Shown here piece after piece: positions 48,218 through 57,171 of a DNA stretch of 64,000 nucleotides (within the stretch, counting starts at the first letter, position 1; each line of letters begins with the position of its first letter). The notes under the pieces were generated by a model that did no database searches, was not told the DNA's origin, and saw only the letters and a list, made by a program, of their open reading frames with translations. The stretch is taken from NCBI GenBank assembly GCA_038209995.1, contig JBBQXD010000006.1, positions 35,042 through 99,041 of the forward strand. Direction: 5' to 3'. A program made the translations under genes and the position numbers. This DNA comes from Candidatus Limnocylindria bacterium. Lineage in GTDB: Bacteria > Chloroflexota > Limnocylindria > QHBO01.

Positions 48218-49869
48218 GTTCCCCGCGCGAGCTCCGTGAGCCGCTCGACGCCGACCGGTGCGAAGCCCGCCGACGCGAGCCAGTCGAAGATCTCCGCCCG
48301 CTCCACGTGGCTCATGACGGCGACGATGTCGCGCCGCCGCGCGCGGCCAAGGAGCGCCTGGAGGGCGGCCAGCTCACTGGGAAACGCCTTCACCTCGCCT
48401 CGATATCCGCCCGCCGCCACGCCCTCGCGGAGCAGGGCATTCATCTCCTCGAGGCTCCGGCCACGCAGGTAGTGCCGCTTCTCGCAGATGACGATGTCGT
48501 CGGCGGTCGCCGCCAGCTCGCCCAGCCTGCGGAGGATCGCATCGGTTCGGTCGCCGGCGGTCCCGAGGGCAAGCCGCACCCGGCCGCGGCCGGCGAGCGC
48601 CCGCGCGACGTCGAGGAGGCCCGCCAGCCCGGCCTCGTTGTGCGCGAAGTCCACGAGCACGAGCACGCCGCGACGCTCGAACAGGTTGAGCCTCCCCGGA
48701 TTGACCGCCGCGTCCAGGGTGAAGCTGCGCAGGCCGGCCGCGATCCTCGCCCGCGACAGCCCCAGGGCGTCGGCGGCCGCGGCCGCGGCAAGGGCGTTGG
48801 CCACGTTGTAGCGCGAGAGCCCGGCGAACGTCACCGGCAGCTTGGCGACCGATGCGAGGCGCACCGGGCGTCGGCCGGCGCCACGGAGCACGAGCCGTTC
48901 ATCCTCCAGGACGGCCGCGCGCCCGCCACGGTCGAGCGCCTCATCGATCGCCGGCGATGCCGGATCGAGCGTGAATGGATACCAGCGCGCCTTTGTCTCG
49001 CGGCGCATGCGCCACACCCGCGGATCGTCGGCGTTGAGCACCGCCCACCCGTCGCGCTTCGTGATCCGCACCACGGCCGCCTTCGTCTCCGCCAGCTCCT
49101 CGAGCGTGTCGATCCCGTTGAGGCCGAGATGGTCGGGGCTGACGTTCGTGACGATCGAGACGTCATTCCGCTCGTACCCGATCCCGCGCAGCAGGATCCC
49201 GCCGCGCGCGGTCTCGAGGACCGCGGTATCGAGACCCGGCTCGGCAAGGACGCGCCCTGCGCCGCCGAACCCTGTCCAATCCCCCGCCTCGACGAGGATC
49301 CCGTCGACGTAGATCCCGTCCGAGTTCGTCATCCCCACCCGTCGACCCGCGCGGGCGAGGATGTGGGCAAGCAGCCGCGTGGTGGTGCTCTTTCCGTTCG
49401 TGCCGGTGATGGCGACGATCGGCACCCCGCTCGCCGGCAGGAGTGGCAGCGGGCCGTGGGCCGTCGCCCGCAGGCCGGCGATCTCGTGCCGCTTCGTGCT
49501 GCGCCCGAGGGCGATGCGGCTCGCCGCCGCCCCGATCGCCTGGCTGATCGTGCGACGCCGCCAGGGGAACGCGACGAGCGCCCGGGTGTCGTCGACGCTC
49601 CGCCGAAACGCGAGTCGCGGCGGCCGCAGGTCGAGCGCCTCGTGGAGCTCGCGCACCGCCGCGCCAGCGCGCTCCGCCACCGCCACCGCGCGGCCAGGCT
49701 CGGGGTCGACGAACTCGACCTTCATGGCGGGACGGATGAAGAACCGGTTCGGGCCGTCGAGCACGCGCAGCTCGAGGAGCTCCGTCCCACCCTCGTCGGG
49801 GTGCCCGTCGTTCGGCATGGGCGGAGTATGCAACGTGCGCGACCGACTAGACTCCGCGCCGATGCCCAT
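48214..49869 (-). CDS. CphA-like protein with N domain plus Mur-ligase (M) domain only; the ATP-grasp domain is missing.
   Basis: An N-domain-like segment (ELLELRVLDGPNRFFIRP) is followed directly by the M domain (IVAITGTNGKSTTTRLLAHI...ARGGILLRGIGYERNDVSIVTNVSPDHLGLNG...VDFAHNEAG). The roughly 310-aa ATP-grasp region found in cphA is absent. Start candidates are the ATG at 49869 (GGAGG 12 nt upstream) or the ATG at 49818. It is convergent with cphA and the two stops share a CTAG. Confidence 0.7.
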   Translation of the reverse strand: MGIGAESSRSRTLHTPPMPNDGHPDEGGTELLELRVLDGPNRFFIRPAMKVEFVDPEPGRAVAVAERAGAAVRELHEALDLRPPRLAFRRSVDDTRALVAFPWRRRTISQAIGAAASRIALGRSTKRHEIAGLRATAHGPLPLLPASGVPIVAITGTNGKSTTTRLLAHILARAGRRVGMTNSDGIYVDGILVEAGDWTGFGGAGRVLAEPGLDTAVLETARGGILLRGIGYERNDVSIVTNVSPDHLGLNGIDTLEELAETKAAVVRITKRDGWAVLNADDPRVWRMRRETKARWYPFTLDPASPAIDEALDRGGRAAVLEDERLVLRGAGRRPVRLASVAKLPVTFAGLSRYNVANALAAAAAADALGLSRARIAAGLRSFTLDAAVNPGRLNLFERRGVLVLVDFAHNEAGLAGLLDVARALAGRGRVRLALGTAGDRTDAILRRLGELAATADDIVICEKRHYLRGRSLEEMNALLREGVAAGGYRGEVKAFPSELAALQALLGRARRRDIVAVMSHVERAEIFDWLASAGFAPVGVERLTELARGT

Positions 49870-51031
49870 CCCGCTCGACCGCCTCCGCGATGCCGTCGTC
49901 GGCACCCACGAGGCGTATCTCGTCGACCTCGCGCGCCTCGTGAACGTCGACTGCGGCTCCTACAGCCCCGACGGCGTGAACCGCGTCGCGGAGCTCGTGG
50001 CTGCGCGCCTCTCTGCGCTCGGCGCCACCGTCGAGCGCTCCGCGCACCGGCCCGATCCCGGCGAGCCGCGGCTCGGTGACCTGGTGATCGGCCGCCTCAC
50101 CGGCGACGGGCCACGGGTTCTTCTCATCGGTCACATGGACACCGTGTTCGAGGCCGGCACGGCCGACGAACGTCCGTATCGGGCCATCGATGGACGGGCC
50201 ACCGGGCCGGGCGTCACGGACATGAAGGCGGGTCTCCTCGCCGGGCTGGACGCGGTGGGCGCGCTGCGGGCCTGCGGCGCGCGACCGGCGGTGACGTTCG
50301 TGGCCAACCCCGACGAGGAGATCGGCTCACCGTTCAGCACGCCGCACATCCGCGCGCTTGTGCCCGAGCACGACGTCGCGCTCGTCCTGGAATGCGCGCG
50401 CGACAACGGCGACATCGTCTCGGCGCGGAAGGGGATCGCCGATGCCGAGATCCTCGTCTCCGGCCGGGCCGCGCACGCCGGCATCGAGCCGGAGAAGGGC
50501 CGCCACGCCATCCTCGCCGCGGCGCGGCAGATCGAGCGGATCCAGGCTCTCAACGGGCGATGGCCGGGCGTGACCGCGAATGTCGGTGCCATCCATGGCG
50601 GCACGCGGCCCAACGTGGTGCCGGCCGCGTGCCGCTACGAGCTCGACCTGCGGGCGACGACCAGCAGCGCGTTCGATGCGGCATGGGCCGAGGTGACCGC
50701 CATCGTCGCCGCACCGGACCCCGCCGGCACGACGGCCGAGCTGCGCCGCACCGCGCACCACCCACCGATGGAGCGTATGCCGGCGACCGCGCGGCTCGTC
50801 GAGCTCGCGGTGGCGATCGCGGCCGAGCTCGGCTTCCCGCTCGGCGATGCCGCGACCGGCGGGGCATCGGACGCGAATACGACGTCGGCCGCCGGGCTGC
50901 CCACCCTCGACGGGCTCGGGCCGGTGGGCGGCGACGACCATTCGGCCGATGAATGGCTCGACCTCGAGAGCGTCGTTCCGCGGGTGACACTGCTCGCCTC
51001 GCTCATCGATCGGGTCGGTGAGGCGCTCTGA
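49862..51031 (+). CDS. M20-family metallopeptidase (ArgE/DapE/carboxypeptidase G2-like).
   Basis: The metal-binding motifs are GHMDTV, DMKAG, NPDEEIGS and the C-terminal His. It is divergent from the CphA-like gene. Confidence 0.75.
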   Translation: MPIPLDRLRDAVVGTHEAYLVDLARLVNVDCGSYSPDGVNRVAELVAARLSALGATVERSAHRPDPGEPRLGDLVIGRLTGDGPRVLLIGHMDTVFEAGTADERPYRAIDGRATGPGVTDMKAGLLAGLDAVGALRACGARPAVTFVANPDEEIGSPFSTPHIRALVPEHDVALVLECARDNGDIVSARKGIADAEILVSGRAAHAGIEPEKGRHAILAAARQIERIQALNGRWPGVTANVGAIHGGTRPNVVPAACRYELDLRATTSSAFDAAWAEVTAIVAAPDPAGTTAELRRTAHHPPMERMPATARLVELAVAIAAELGFPLGDAATGGASDANTTSAAGLPTLDGLGPVGGDDHSADEWLDLESVVPRVTLLASLIDRVGEAL

Positions 51032-51065
51032 GCCGTCTGCGGCCCTCGGCTAGAATGGCCGCTCC

Positions 51066-51560
51066 GTGACGAATCAGAACGACGCGACCCCGCGCGACGG
51101 CGAGTTCCGGCACCGCACCTCGCTCGAGGTGCGGTTTCGCGACCTCGACGCCTTCGCGCACGTCAACAATGCCGTCTTCTCGACCTACGTCGAGCTCGCC
51201 CGCATCCGCTACCTGCTCGACGTCCTGCGCCCCGATCGGCCATTCGAGCGCATGTCGCTCATCCTCGCCCGCCTGGCGATCGACTTCCGCTCACCGATTC
51301 AGTTCGGGGAGCAGGTCGTAATCGAGACGAGGGTGACCGACATCGGTCGCTCGAGCTTCGGGATGGCGCACCGCATGACCGCCGCCGGGCGGCTCGCAGC
51401 GGAGCTCGAGACGGTGCTCGTGGCCTACGACTACACGACCTCGCGACCGATGCCGGTGCCCGACGCCTGGCGCGAGCGCCTGGCCGCTCACGAGGGACGC
51501 TCCCTCGACCGACCCGCGACCGATGCCACCCGGGCGGTCGCGGCCGGCTCCCAGACCTGA
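51066..51560 (+). CDS. Hotdog-fold acyl-CoA thioesterase (4HBT/YbgC-like).
   Basis: The 164-aa protein has DLDAFAHVNNAVFSTYVE, the typical 4HBT catalytic Asp region. Confidence 0.7.
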   Translation: MTNQNDATPRDGEFRHRTSLEVRFRDLDAFAHVNNAVFSTYVELARIRYLLDVLRPDRPFERMSLILARLAIDFRSPIQFGEQVVIETRVTDIGRSSFGMAHRMTAAGRLAAELETVLVAYDYTTSRPMPVPDAWRERLAAHEGRSLDRPATDATRAVAAGSQT

Positions 51561-51578
51561 ACGACGCAACGGAGACCG

Positions 51579-52997
51579 ATGGCAGACCAGCAGACCTTCG
51601 ACCTGCTCATCCTGGGAGGTGGGATGAGCTACGTGGGCGCCATCCGCGCCGCACAGCTCGGCCTGACGGTCGGGCTCGTCGAGCGTGACCGGCTCGGCGG
51701 CACCTGCCTGAACCGCGGCTGCATCCCATCGAAGGCGCTCCTCGAGACCGCCGAGCTGTTGCAGCGCGTGACCGAGCGGGGCGGCGAGTTCGGGCTGGCC
51801 GGGCACGAGGGCGTGAGCCTCGACTACGATGCGCTGGGCGTGCGGCGCGACGCGGTGGTCGACAAGCACGTCGGGGGCGTCGAGTTCCTCATGAAGAAGA
51901 ACAACGTCACCGTCATCGCGGGCAATGGAACGCTCACCGGCCCCACCAGTGTGCGGGTCAGCGGCGGTGCCGCCGGCGACGTCGAGGCGAGCGCAACGAA
52001 CCTCATCCTCGCCACCGGCTCCGCGCCGCGCTCCCTTCCCGGCCTCGATCCCGACGGCCGTCTCATCATCACCTCCGACGAGGCGCTGACCCGGAACGAC
52101 GTGCCGAAGCGCGTGACGATCGTCGGCGCCGGCGCGATCGGCGTCGAGTGGGCCAGCATGTACCGCGACTTCGGCGCCGAGGTGACGCTCGTCGAGTTCG
52201 CCGATCGCGTCGTGCCGCTCGAGGACTCGGAGGTCAGCAAGGAGCTGGCGCGGATCTTCCGCAAGCGCGGCATCGCGATCCACACCGCGAGCACGATCGA
52301 CACCGAGACGCTGAAGAAGGCCGATGGCGAGATCAGCTTCACGATCGGCGGCAAGGACGGCGGGAAGCGGACCGAGGTCACCTCTGACGTGATCCTCGTC
52401 GCGGTCGGTCGGCGACCCCTCACCGAGAACATCGGCCTGGAGGGCATCGGCGGCATCGCGCTGGAGCGCGGCTACGTGAAGGTTGACGCGTTCATGCAGA
52501 CGGGCGTGCCGCATCTCTACGCGATCGGCGACATCGTCCCCGGCTTCGCGCTCGCGCACGTCGCGAGCCACGAGGCGGTCGTGGCGGTCGAGCACCTCGC
52601 GGGCCACGATCCCGAGCCGGTGCGCATGGACCTCATGCCGCGGGTCACCTTCTGCCGTCCGCAGATCGCGAGCGTCGGCATGACCGATGCGGAGGCGACG
52701 GCGGCCGGGCACGAGGTGAAGACCGGCTCGTTCCCGTTCCGGGCGCTCGGCAAGGCGACGATCGTCGGCGAGATCGACGGCTTCGCGAAGCTCGTCGCGG
52801 ACGCGGCCACCGGGATCCTGCTCGGCGCCCATATCATCGGTCCGCACGCCGGTGACCTCCTGGCCGAGCCCACCCTGGCACGGCTGGTGGAGGCCACCGC
52901 GGCGGAGATCGCGATGAGCGTTCACGCCCATCCGACGCTCACCGAAGTGCTCGCCGAGGCCGCGCTTGCGGTCGACGGCGCGGCGATCCACGTCTAG
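51579..52997 (+). CDS. lpd: Dihydrolipoyl dehydrogenase (the E3 component).
   Basis: The FAD motif is GGGMSYVG, the redox disulfide is GGTCLNRGCIPSK, and the C-terminal His-Pro-Glu interface motifs are present. Confidence 0.9.
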   Translation: MADQQTFDLLILGGGMSYVGAIRAAQLGLTVGLVERDRLGGTCLNRGCIPSKALLETAELLQRVTERGGEFGLAGHEGVSLDYDALGVRRDAVVDKHVGGVEFLMKKNNVTVIAGNGTLTGPTSVRVSGGAAGDVEASATNLILATGSAPRSLPGLDPDGRLIITSDEALTRNDVPKRVTIVGAGAIGVEWASMYRDFGAEVTLVEFADRVVPLEDSEVSKELARIFRKRGIAIHTASTIDTETLKKADGEISFTIGGKDGGKRTEVTSDVILVAVGRRPLTENIGLEGIGGIALERGYVKVDAFMQTGVPHLYAIGDIVPGFALAHVASHEAVVAVEHLAGHDPEPVRMDLMPRVTFCRPQIASVGMTDAEATAAGHEVKTGSFPFRALGKATIVGEIDGFAKLVADAATGILLGAHIIGPHAGDLLAEPTLARLVEATAAEIAMSVHAHPTLTEVLAEAALAVDGAAIHV

Positions 52998-53009
52998 GAG
53001 GTCGAAGCG

Positions 53010-54032
53010 TTGGCCAAGGAGACCGCGACGCAGCCACGGCACGCCGAGCTCGGCCTGACCGATGACGACGTCCGGGCGATGTACCGGCAGATGCTGCTCG
53101 CACGTGGCGTCGACGAGCGGATGTGGCTCATGCAGCGGGCCGGCAAGATCGCCTTCATCATCTCGGGCCAGGGCCACGAGGGCGCCCAGGTGGCGACGGC
53201 GTGGCCGCTTCGCCAGCGGCAGGACTGGATGGCGCCGTACTACCGCTCGATCGCGTCGGCGATCACGTTCGGGATGACCGCCGAGGACATCATCACCGCC
53301 CACCTCGCGAAGGGCGACGACGTGAGCTCCGGCGGCCGCCAGATGCCCGGCCACTACGGTGGGGCGCCGTACAACATCGTGTCGCTGAGCTCCCCGGTCG
53401 GGACGCAGGTGCTCCATGCGGTCGGCATCGCGATGGGCGCCTGGGTGCGCGGCGAGGACGTCGTGACCCTCACCACCTTCGGCGAGGGGACGAGCAACCA
53501 GGGAGAGATCCACGAGGCGATGAACTTCGCCGGCGTCCACCGGCTGCCGGTGATCTTCGTCTGCGAGAACAACGGCTACGCGATCAGCGTCCCGCTCTCG
53601 ATGCAGGTCGCTGGCGGCCAGGTCGCGGCCCGCGCGGCGGGCTACGGGTTCACCGGCGTCACGGTCGACGGCGGCGATCTCCTCGCGTGCTACCAGGCGG
53701 CGAAGGAGGCGCACGAGCGGGCGGCCCGCGGCGAGGGCCCGACGCTCATCGAGGCCAACGTCGTGCGCATGACCAGCCATTCCTCGGACGACGACCAGCG
53801 GCGCTACCGTGACGCGGCCGAGGTCGAGGCGCTCAAGGAGCACGACCCGATCATGATCTTCGGCAACCAGCTCCGCGGCTGGGGGCTCCTCGACGACGAC
53901 GTCGACGCCCAGCTGAAGGCCGATGTCAAGGCCGAGGTGAACGACGCCAGCCGGCGGGCCGAGGCGCGGCCGGAGCCGGACGTCGCGACCGCGCACCGCC
54001 ACGTGTACGCGGAGGACGCGCCGCATGGCTGA
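53010..54032 (+). CDS. 2-Oxoacid dehydrogenase E1 component alpha subunit (thiamine-diphosphate-dependent; branched-chain or pyruvate type).
   Basis: The TTG start is preceded by an AGGAGG Shine-Dalgarno sequence. The ThDP-binding motif is GEGTSNQGEIHEAMNFA...VCENNGYAIS. Confidence 0.85.
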   Translation: MAKETATQPRHAELGLTDDDVRAMYRQMLLARGVDERMWLMQRAGKIAFIISGQGHEGAQVATAWPLRQRQDWMAPYYRSIASAITFGMTAEDIITAHLAKGDDVSSGGRQMPGHYGGAPYNIVSLSSPVGTQVLHAVGIAMGAWVRGEDVVTLTTFGEGTSNQGEIHEAMNFAGVHRLPVIFVCENNGYAISVPLSMQVAGGQVAARAAGYGFTGVTVDGGDLLACYQAAKEAHERAARGEGPTLIEANVVRMTSHSSDDDQRRYRDAAEVEALKEHDPIMIFGNQLRGWGLLDDDVDAQLKADVKAEVNDASRRAEARPEPDVATAHRHVYAEDAPHG

Positions 54033-55011
54033 GCTGAACATCCTCGAGGCGGTCCGCCTCGCGATGGACGAGGAGATGCAGCGTGACGAGCGCGTCATGG
54101 TTCTCGGCGAGGACGTGGGCAGGAAGGGCGGCGTCTTCGGCGCCACCGAGGGACTGTGGGCAAAGTACGGGGGCAAGCGCGTGCTCGACACGCCGCTCAG
54201 CGAGGCCATGATCGCCGGTGCCGCGGCCGGTGCCGCGATCTACGGCCTGCGTCCGATCGCCGAGATGCAGTTCGCCGACTTCGTCTATCCCGCCTTCAAC
54301 CAGATCGTGTCCGAGATAAGCCGCATGCGATACCGATCGAACGGCGCCTTCGGGGTGCCGATGGTCATTCGCATGCCGTACGGCGGCGGCGTCCATGGGG
54401 CGCTGTACCACAGCCAGTCGAACGAGGCCTACTTCACGTCGACGGTGGGGCTCAAGGTCGTCGCGCCCGGGACCCCGGCCGACGCCAAGGGGCTCCTCAA
54501 GGCGGCGGTCCGCGACCCCGACCCGGTAATGTTCTTCGAGCACAAGAAGACCTACCGCCTGTTCAAGGCCGAGGTGCCCGACGGTGACACGGTCGTCCCG
54601 ATCGGCAAGGCCGATCTCGCGCGCCCAGGGAAGCACCTCTCGATCTTCTGCTACGGCATGATGCGCACCTTCGCCCTCGAAGCGGCCGAAACGCTCGCGC
54701 GCGAGGACGGCATCGAGGCCGAGGTGGTCGACCTGCGGTCGCTGCGCCCCCTCGACGCGGTCGCGATCCTCGCATCGGTCGAGAAGACCTCCCGCGCGCT
54801 CGTCGTCCACGAGGCGAACCGTTTCGGCGGCTTCGGCGCCGAGGTGGCCGCCTTCATCGGCCAGGAGGGGTTCGAGCACCTCGACGCGCCGGTCACGCGC
54901 CTCGCGGGTCCGGAGGTGCCGGGCGTCCCGTTCCACCACAGCCTCGAGGACTGGTTCATGATCTCCCCGGCCAAGATCGTGGACGCGGCCCGCGCGCTGG
55001 CCGCGTACTGA
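54025..55011 (+). CDS. 2-Oxoacid dehydrogenase E1 component beta subunit.
   Basis: The 328-aa protein has a transketolase-like pyrimidine-binding domain plus a C-terminal domain. It overlaps the E1 alpha gene by 8 nt. Confidence 0.9.
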   Translation: MAELNILEAVRLAMDEEMQRDERVMVLGEDVGRKGGVFGATEGLWAKYGGKRVLDTPLSEAMIAGAAAGAAIYGLRPIAEMQFADFVYPAFNQIVSEISRMRYRSNGAFGVPMVIRMPYGGGVHGALYHSQSNEAYFTSTVGLKVVAPGTPADAKGLLKAAVRDPDPVMFFEHKKTYRLFKAEVPDGDTVVPIGKADLARPGKHLSIFCYGMMRTFALEAAETLAREDGIEAEVVDLRSLRPLDAVAILASVEKTSRALVVHEANRFGGFGAEVAAFIGQEGFEHLDAPVTRLAGPEVPGVPFHHSLEDWFMISPAKIVDAARALAAY

Positions 55012-55062
55012 ATGCCATCCACCCCGCGCCCCGTGCGCTCGCGACAGAACTGAGGAAGGTCA

Positions 55063-56571
55063 ATGTCCACGACGATCAAGATGCCGCAGCTGGGTGAGTC
55101 GGTCACCGAGGGCACGATCGAGCGCTGGCTCGTCAAGGAAGGCGACACGGTCGAGCAGTACGACCCGCTGTTCGAGGTCGTCACCGACAAGGTGAACGCC
55201 GAGGTGCCGGCCGAGGTGGCTGGCACGATCACGAAGATCATGATCGGCGACGGCGAGACGGTCGCCGTCGGCACCCCGCTCGCCGAGATCGACGCCGATG
55301 GCGCCGGCGCGGCCGAAGGAGCCGCCGCTCCATCCGAGGCCGCCGCGAGCCTGCCACCGGCCGAGGCGCCTCCCGCTGCCGACGCGTCACCCGACGCGGC
55401 ACCGGCAGTTGCCGTGGAGCCGACTCCGGCCGCCGCGGCCGAGCAGCAGCAGGCGGCCCCCGCCGGCGAGGCGGAAGCGCCGCCCGCGCCGCCCGCCGAG
55501 GCGTCGCCAGCTCCGCAGACACCGCCCGCGCTGGCCGCGGCCGCCACTGCGCCGCCCGCGCCGCCCACCGACGGCTCCATGCGCATGACGCCCGCCGTGC
55601 GGCGCCTCGTACGTGAGCACAACCTCGACGTGGCCCGCATCACCGGCACCGGCTCCGACCGGCGGGTGACCCGCGAGGACGTCCTGCAGGCCGTTGCCCA
55701 GGCCGGTCAGCCCGCGGCGCCGGCAGCGACGCCGGCCGCCGCTCCTGCGCCGACCATGGCTGTCCCATCGGCCGGCACCCCGCCGGCAGCGGCCCCGGCA
55801 CCCCCGGCCGCCGCGCCGGCGCCGGTTTCCCCACCACCGCCTCCATCGCCCATGGCGGCCGGCGGCGACACCGAGATCGCCCTGTCGCAGATGCGCAAGG
55901 GCATCGCGGCGAAGATGACGCAGGTCAAGCAGACGGTCCCGCACGCCTATACCGTCATCGAGGTCGACATGGGGAACGTGGTGCGCTGGCGCGAGGCGAA
56001 CCAGGCGGCCTACAAGGCCCGCGAGGGGATCGGCATCAGCTACGTGGCGGCCGTGATCAAGGCGGTCACCGAGACGCTGCGCCAGCACCCGACCCTCAAC
56101 GCGCAGTTCGCCGGCGACAAGATCCTCCTGAAGCAGCGCATGAACATCGGCATCGCGGTGGCGATCGACAACGGCCTCATCGTGCCGGTCATCCACGACG
56201 CGGACCAGCTCTCGCTCAGCGGCGTCAACCGCAAGGTGCAGGACCTCGCCGCGCGCGCCCGAACCAACAAGCTCAAGCTCGACGAGATCCAGGGCGGCAC
56301 GTTCACCGTGAACAACACCGGCTGGTTCGGCTCCGTCTCGAGCATGCCGATCATCAACGCCCCCGAGGTCGCGATCCTGTCGATGGAGGCGATCGTCAAG
56401 CGCACGCGGGTCATCGAGGTCGAGGGCAGTGACGTGATCGCCATCCGGCCGATGATGAACGTGACATGCTCGTTCGACCATCGGGTCCTCGACGGCGCGC
56501 TGGTCGGCTTCTTCCTGGCCGACGTGCGCAAGCGCCTCGAGGCGTGGGGCATCGATACCCCGCTCGGCTGA
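55063..56571 (+). CDS. Dihydrolipoamide acyltransferase (E2), with a lipoyl domain, Ala/Pro-rich linkers, a subunit-binding domain and a catalytic domain.
   Basis: The lipoyl-lysine context is EVVTDKVNAEVPA. The E3-binding segment is PAVRRLVREHNLD. The catalytic core has DHRVLDG. Confidence 0.85.
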   Translation: MSTTIKMPQLGESVTEGTIERWLVKEGDTVEQYDPLFEVVTDKVNAEVPAEVAGTITKIMIGDGETVAVGTPLAEIDADGAGAAEGAAAPSEAAASLPPAEAPPAADASPDAAPAVAVEPTPAAAAEQQQAAPAGEAEAPPAPPAEASPAPQTPPALAAAATAPPAPPTDGSMRMTPAVRRLVREHNLDVARITGTGSDRRVTREDVLQAVAQAGQPAAPAATPAAAPAPTMAVPSAGTPPAAAPAPPAAAPAPVSPPPPPSPMAAGGDTEIALSQMRKGIAAKMTQVKQTVPHAYTVIEVDMGNVVRWREANQAAYKAREGIGISYVAAVIKAVTETLRQHPTLNAQFAGDKILLKQRMNIGIAVAIDNGLIVPVIHDADQLSLSGVNRKVQDLAARARTNKLKLDEIQGGTFTVNNTGWFGSVSSMPIINAPEVAILSMEAIVKRTRVIEVEGSDVIAIRPMMNVTCSFDHRVLDGALVGFFLADVRKRLEAWGIDTPLG

Positions 56572-56599
56572 GCCGAGCGTGACCCATAGCGTCCCGGGG

Positions 56600-57171
56600 C
56601 CGAGACGCCGCGGCCGCGCTCGACCCGGCCGATCCGCTGGCCGCGTTCCGCCACCGATTCGAGGGTGCGTGATCCGGACCGGATCTACCTCGAGGGCAAC
56701 TCGCTCGGCATGCCCGCGAGATCGGTCCGGGCCGCCATCGAAGCCGGGCTCGCCACTTGGGCGGACGAGCTCGTCGGGGGCTGGGAGGCCTGGATCGACC
56801 TGCCGCGGCAGGTCGGCGACCGGTTGGCGGAACGCATCGCGGCGAAGGGGCGGGCGCTCACCACGCTGGCCATCGAGCTCGCCGATGCCTGGCTGGCGAC
56901 GCTCGGCTTCGAGGTGGCGACCGCGCGCGACGAGAACGCACGCGGCGCGCGCGTCTCGCTCCGGCATCCGAAGGGCTCGCCGATTGCGCGGGCCCTTATC
57001 GAGCGTGCCAACGTGATCCCGGACTTCCGCCGCCCGGACATCCTGCGTCTCGGCTTCTCGCCGCTCACCACGCGCTTCGTCGACATCTGGAACGGCCTGG
57101 ATCGGATCCGCGACATCGTCGCGCGCGGGGAGCAGCGCGGCATCGACCCGGCGGGCCACCGCGTCACCTAG
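56600..57171 (+). pseudogene. Kynureninase relic, with an N-terminal stop codon and frameshift plus a large internal deletion.
   Basis: The upstream frame encodes LDPADPLAAFRHRFEGA, followed by a TGA. The +1 frame then continues DPDRIYLEGNSLGMP, which matches the kynureninase N-terminus. Downstream, the C-terminal motifs VSLRHP and IPDFRRPDILRLGFSPL are present. The central PLP-binding core of about 250 aa is absent. Only a 168-aa ORF remains intact. Confidence 0.55.

Noticed and set aside
51291-54209. A 972-aa minus-strand ORF spanning lpd and E1 alpha.
   Set aside because: It is antisense to two well-supported genes. Its composition is that of a high-GC third-position artefact.
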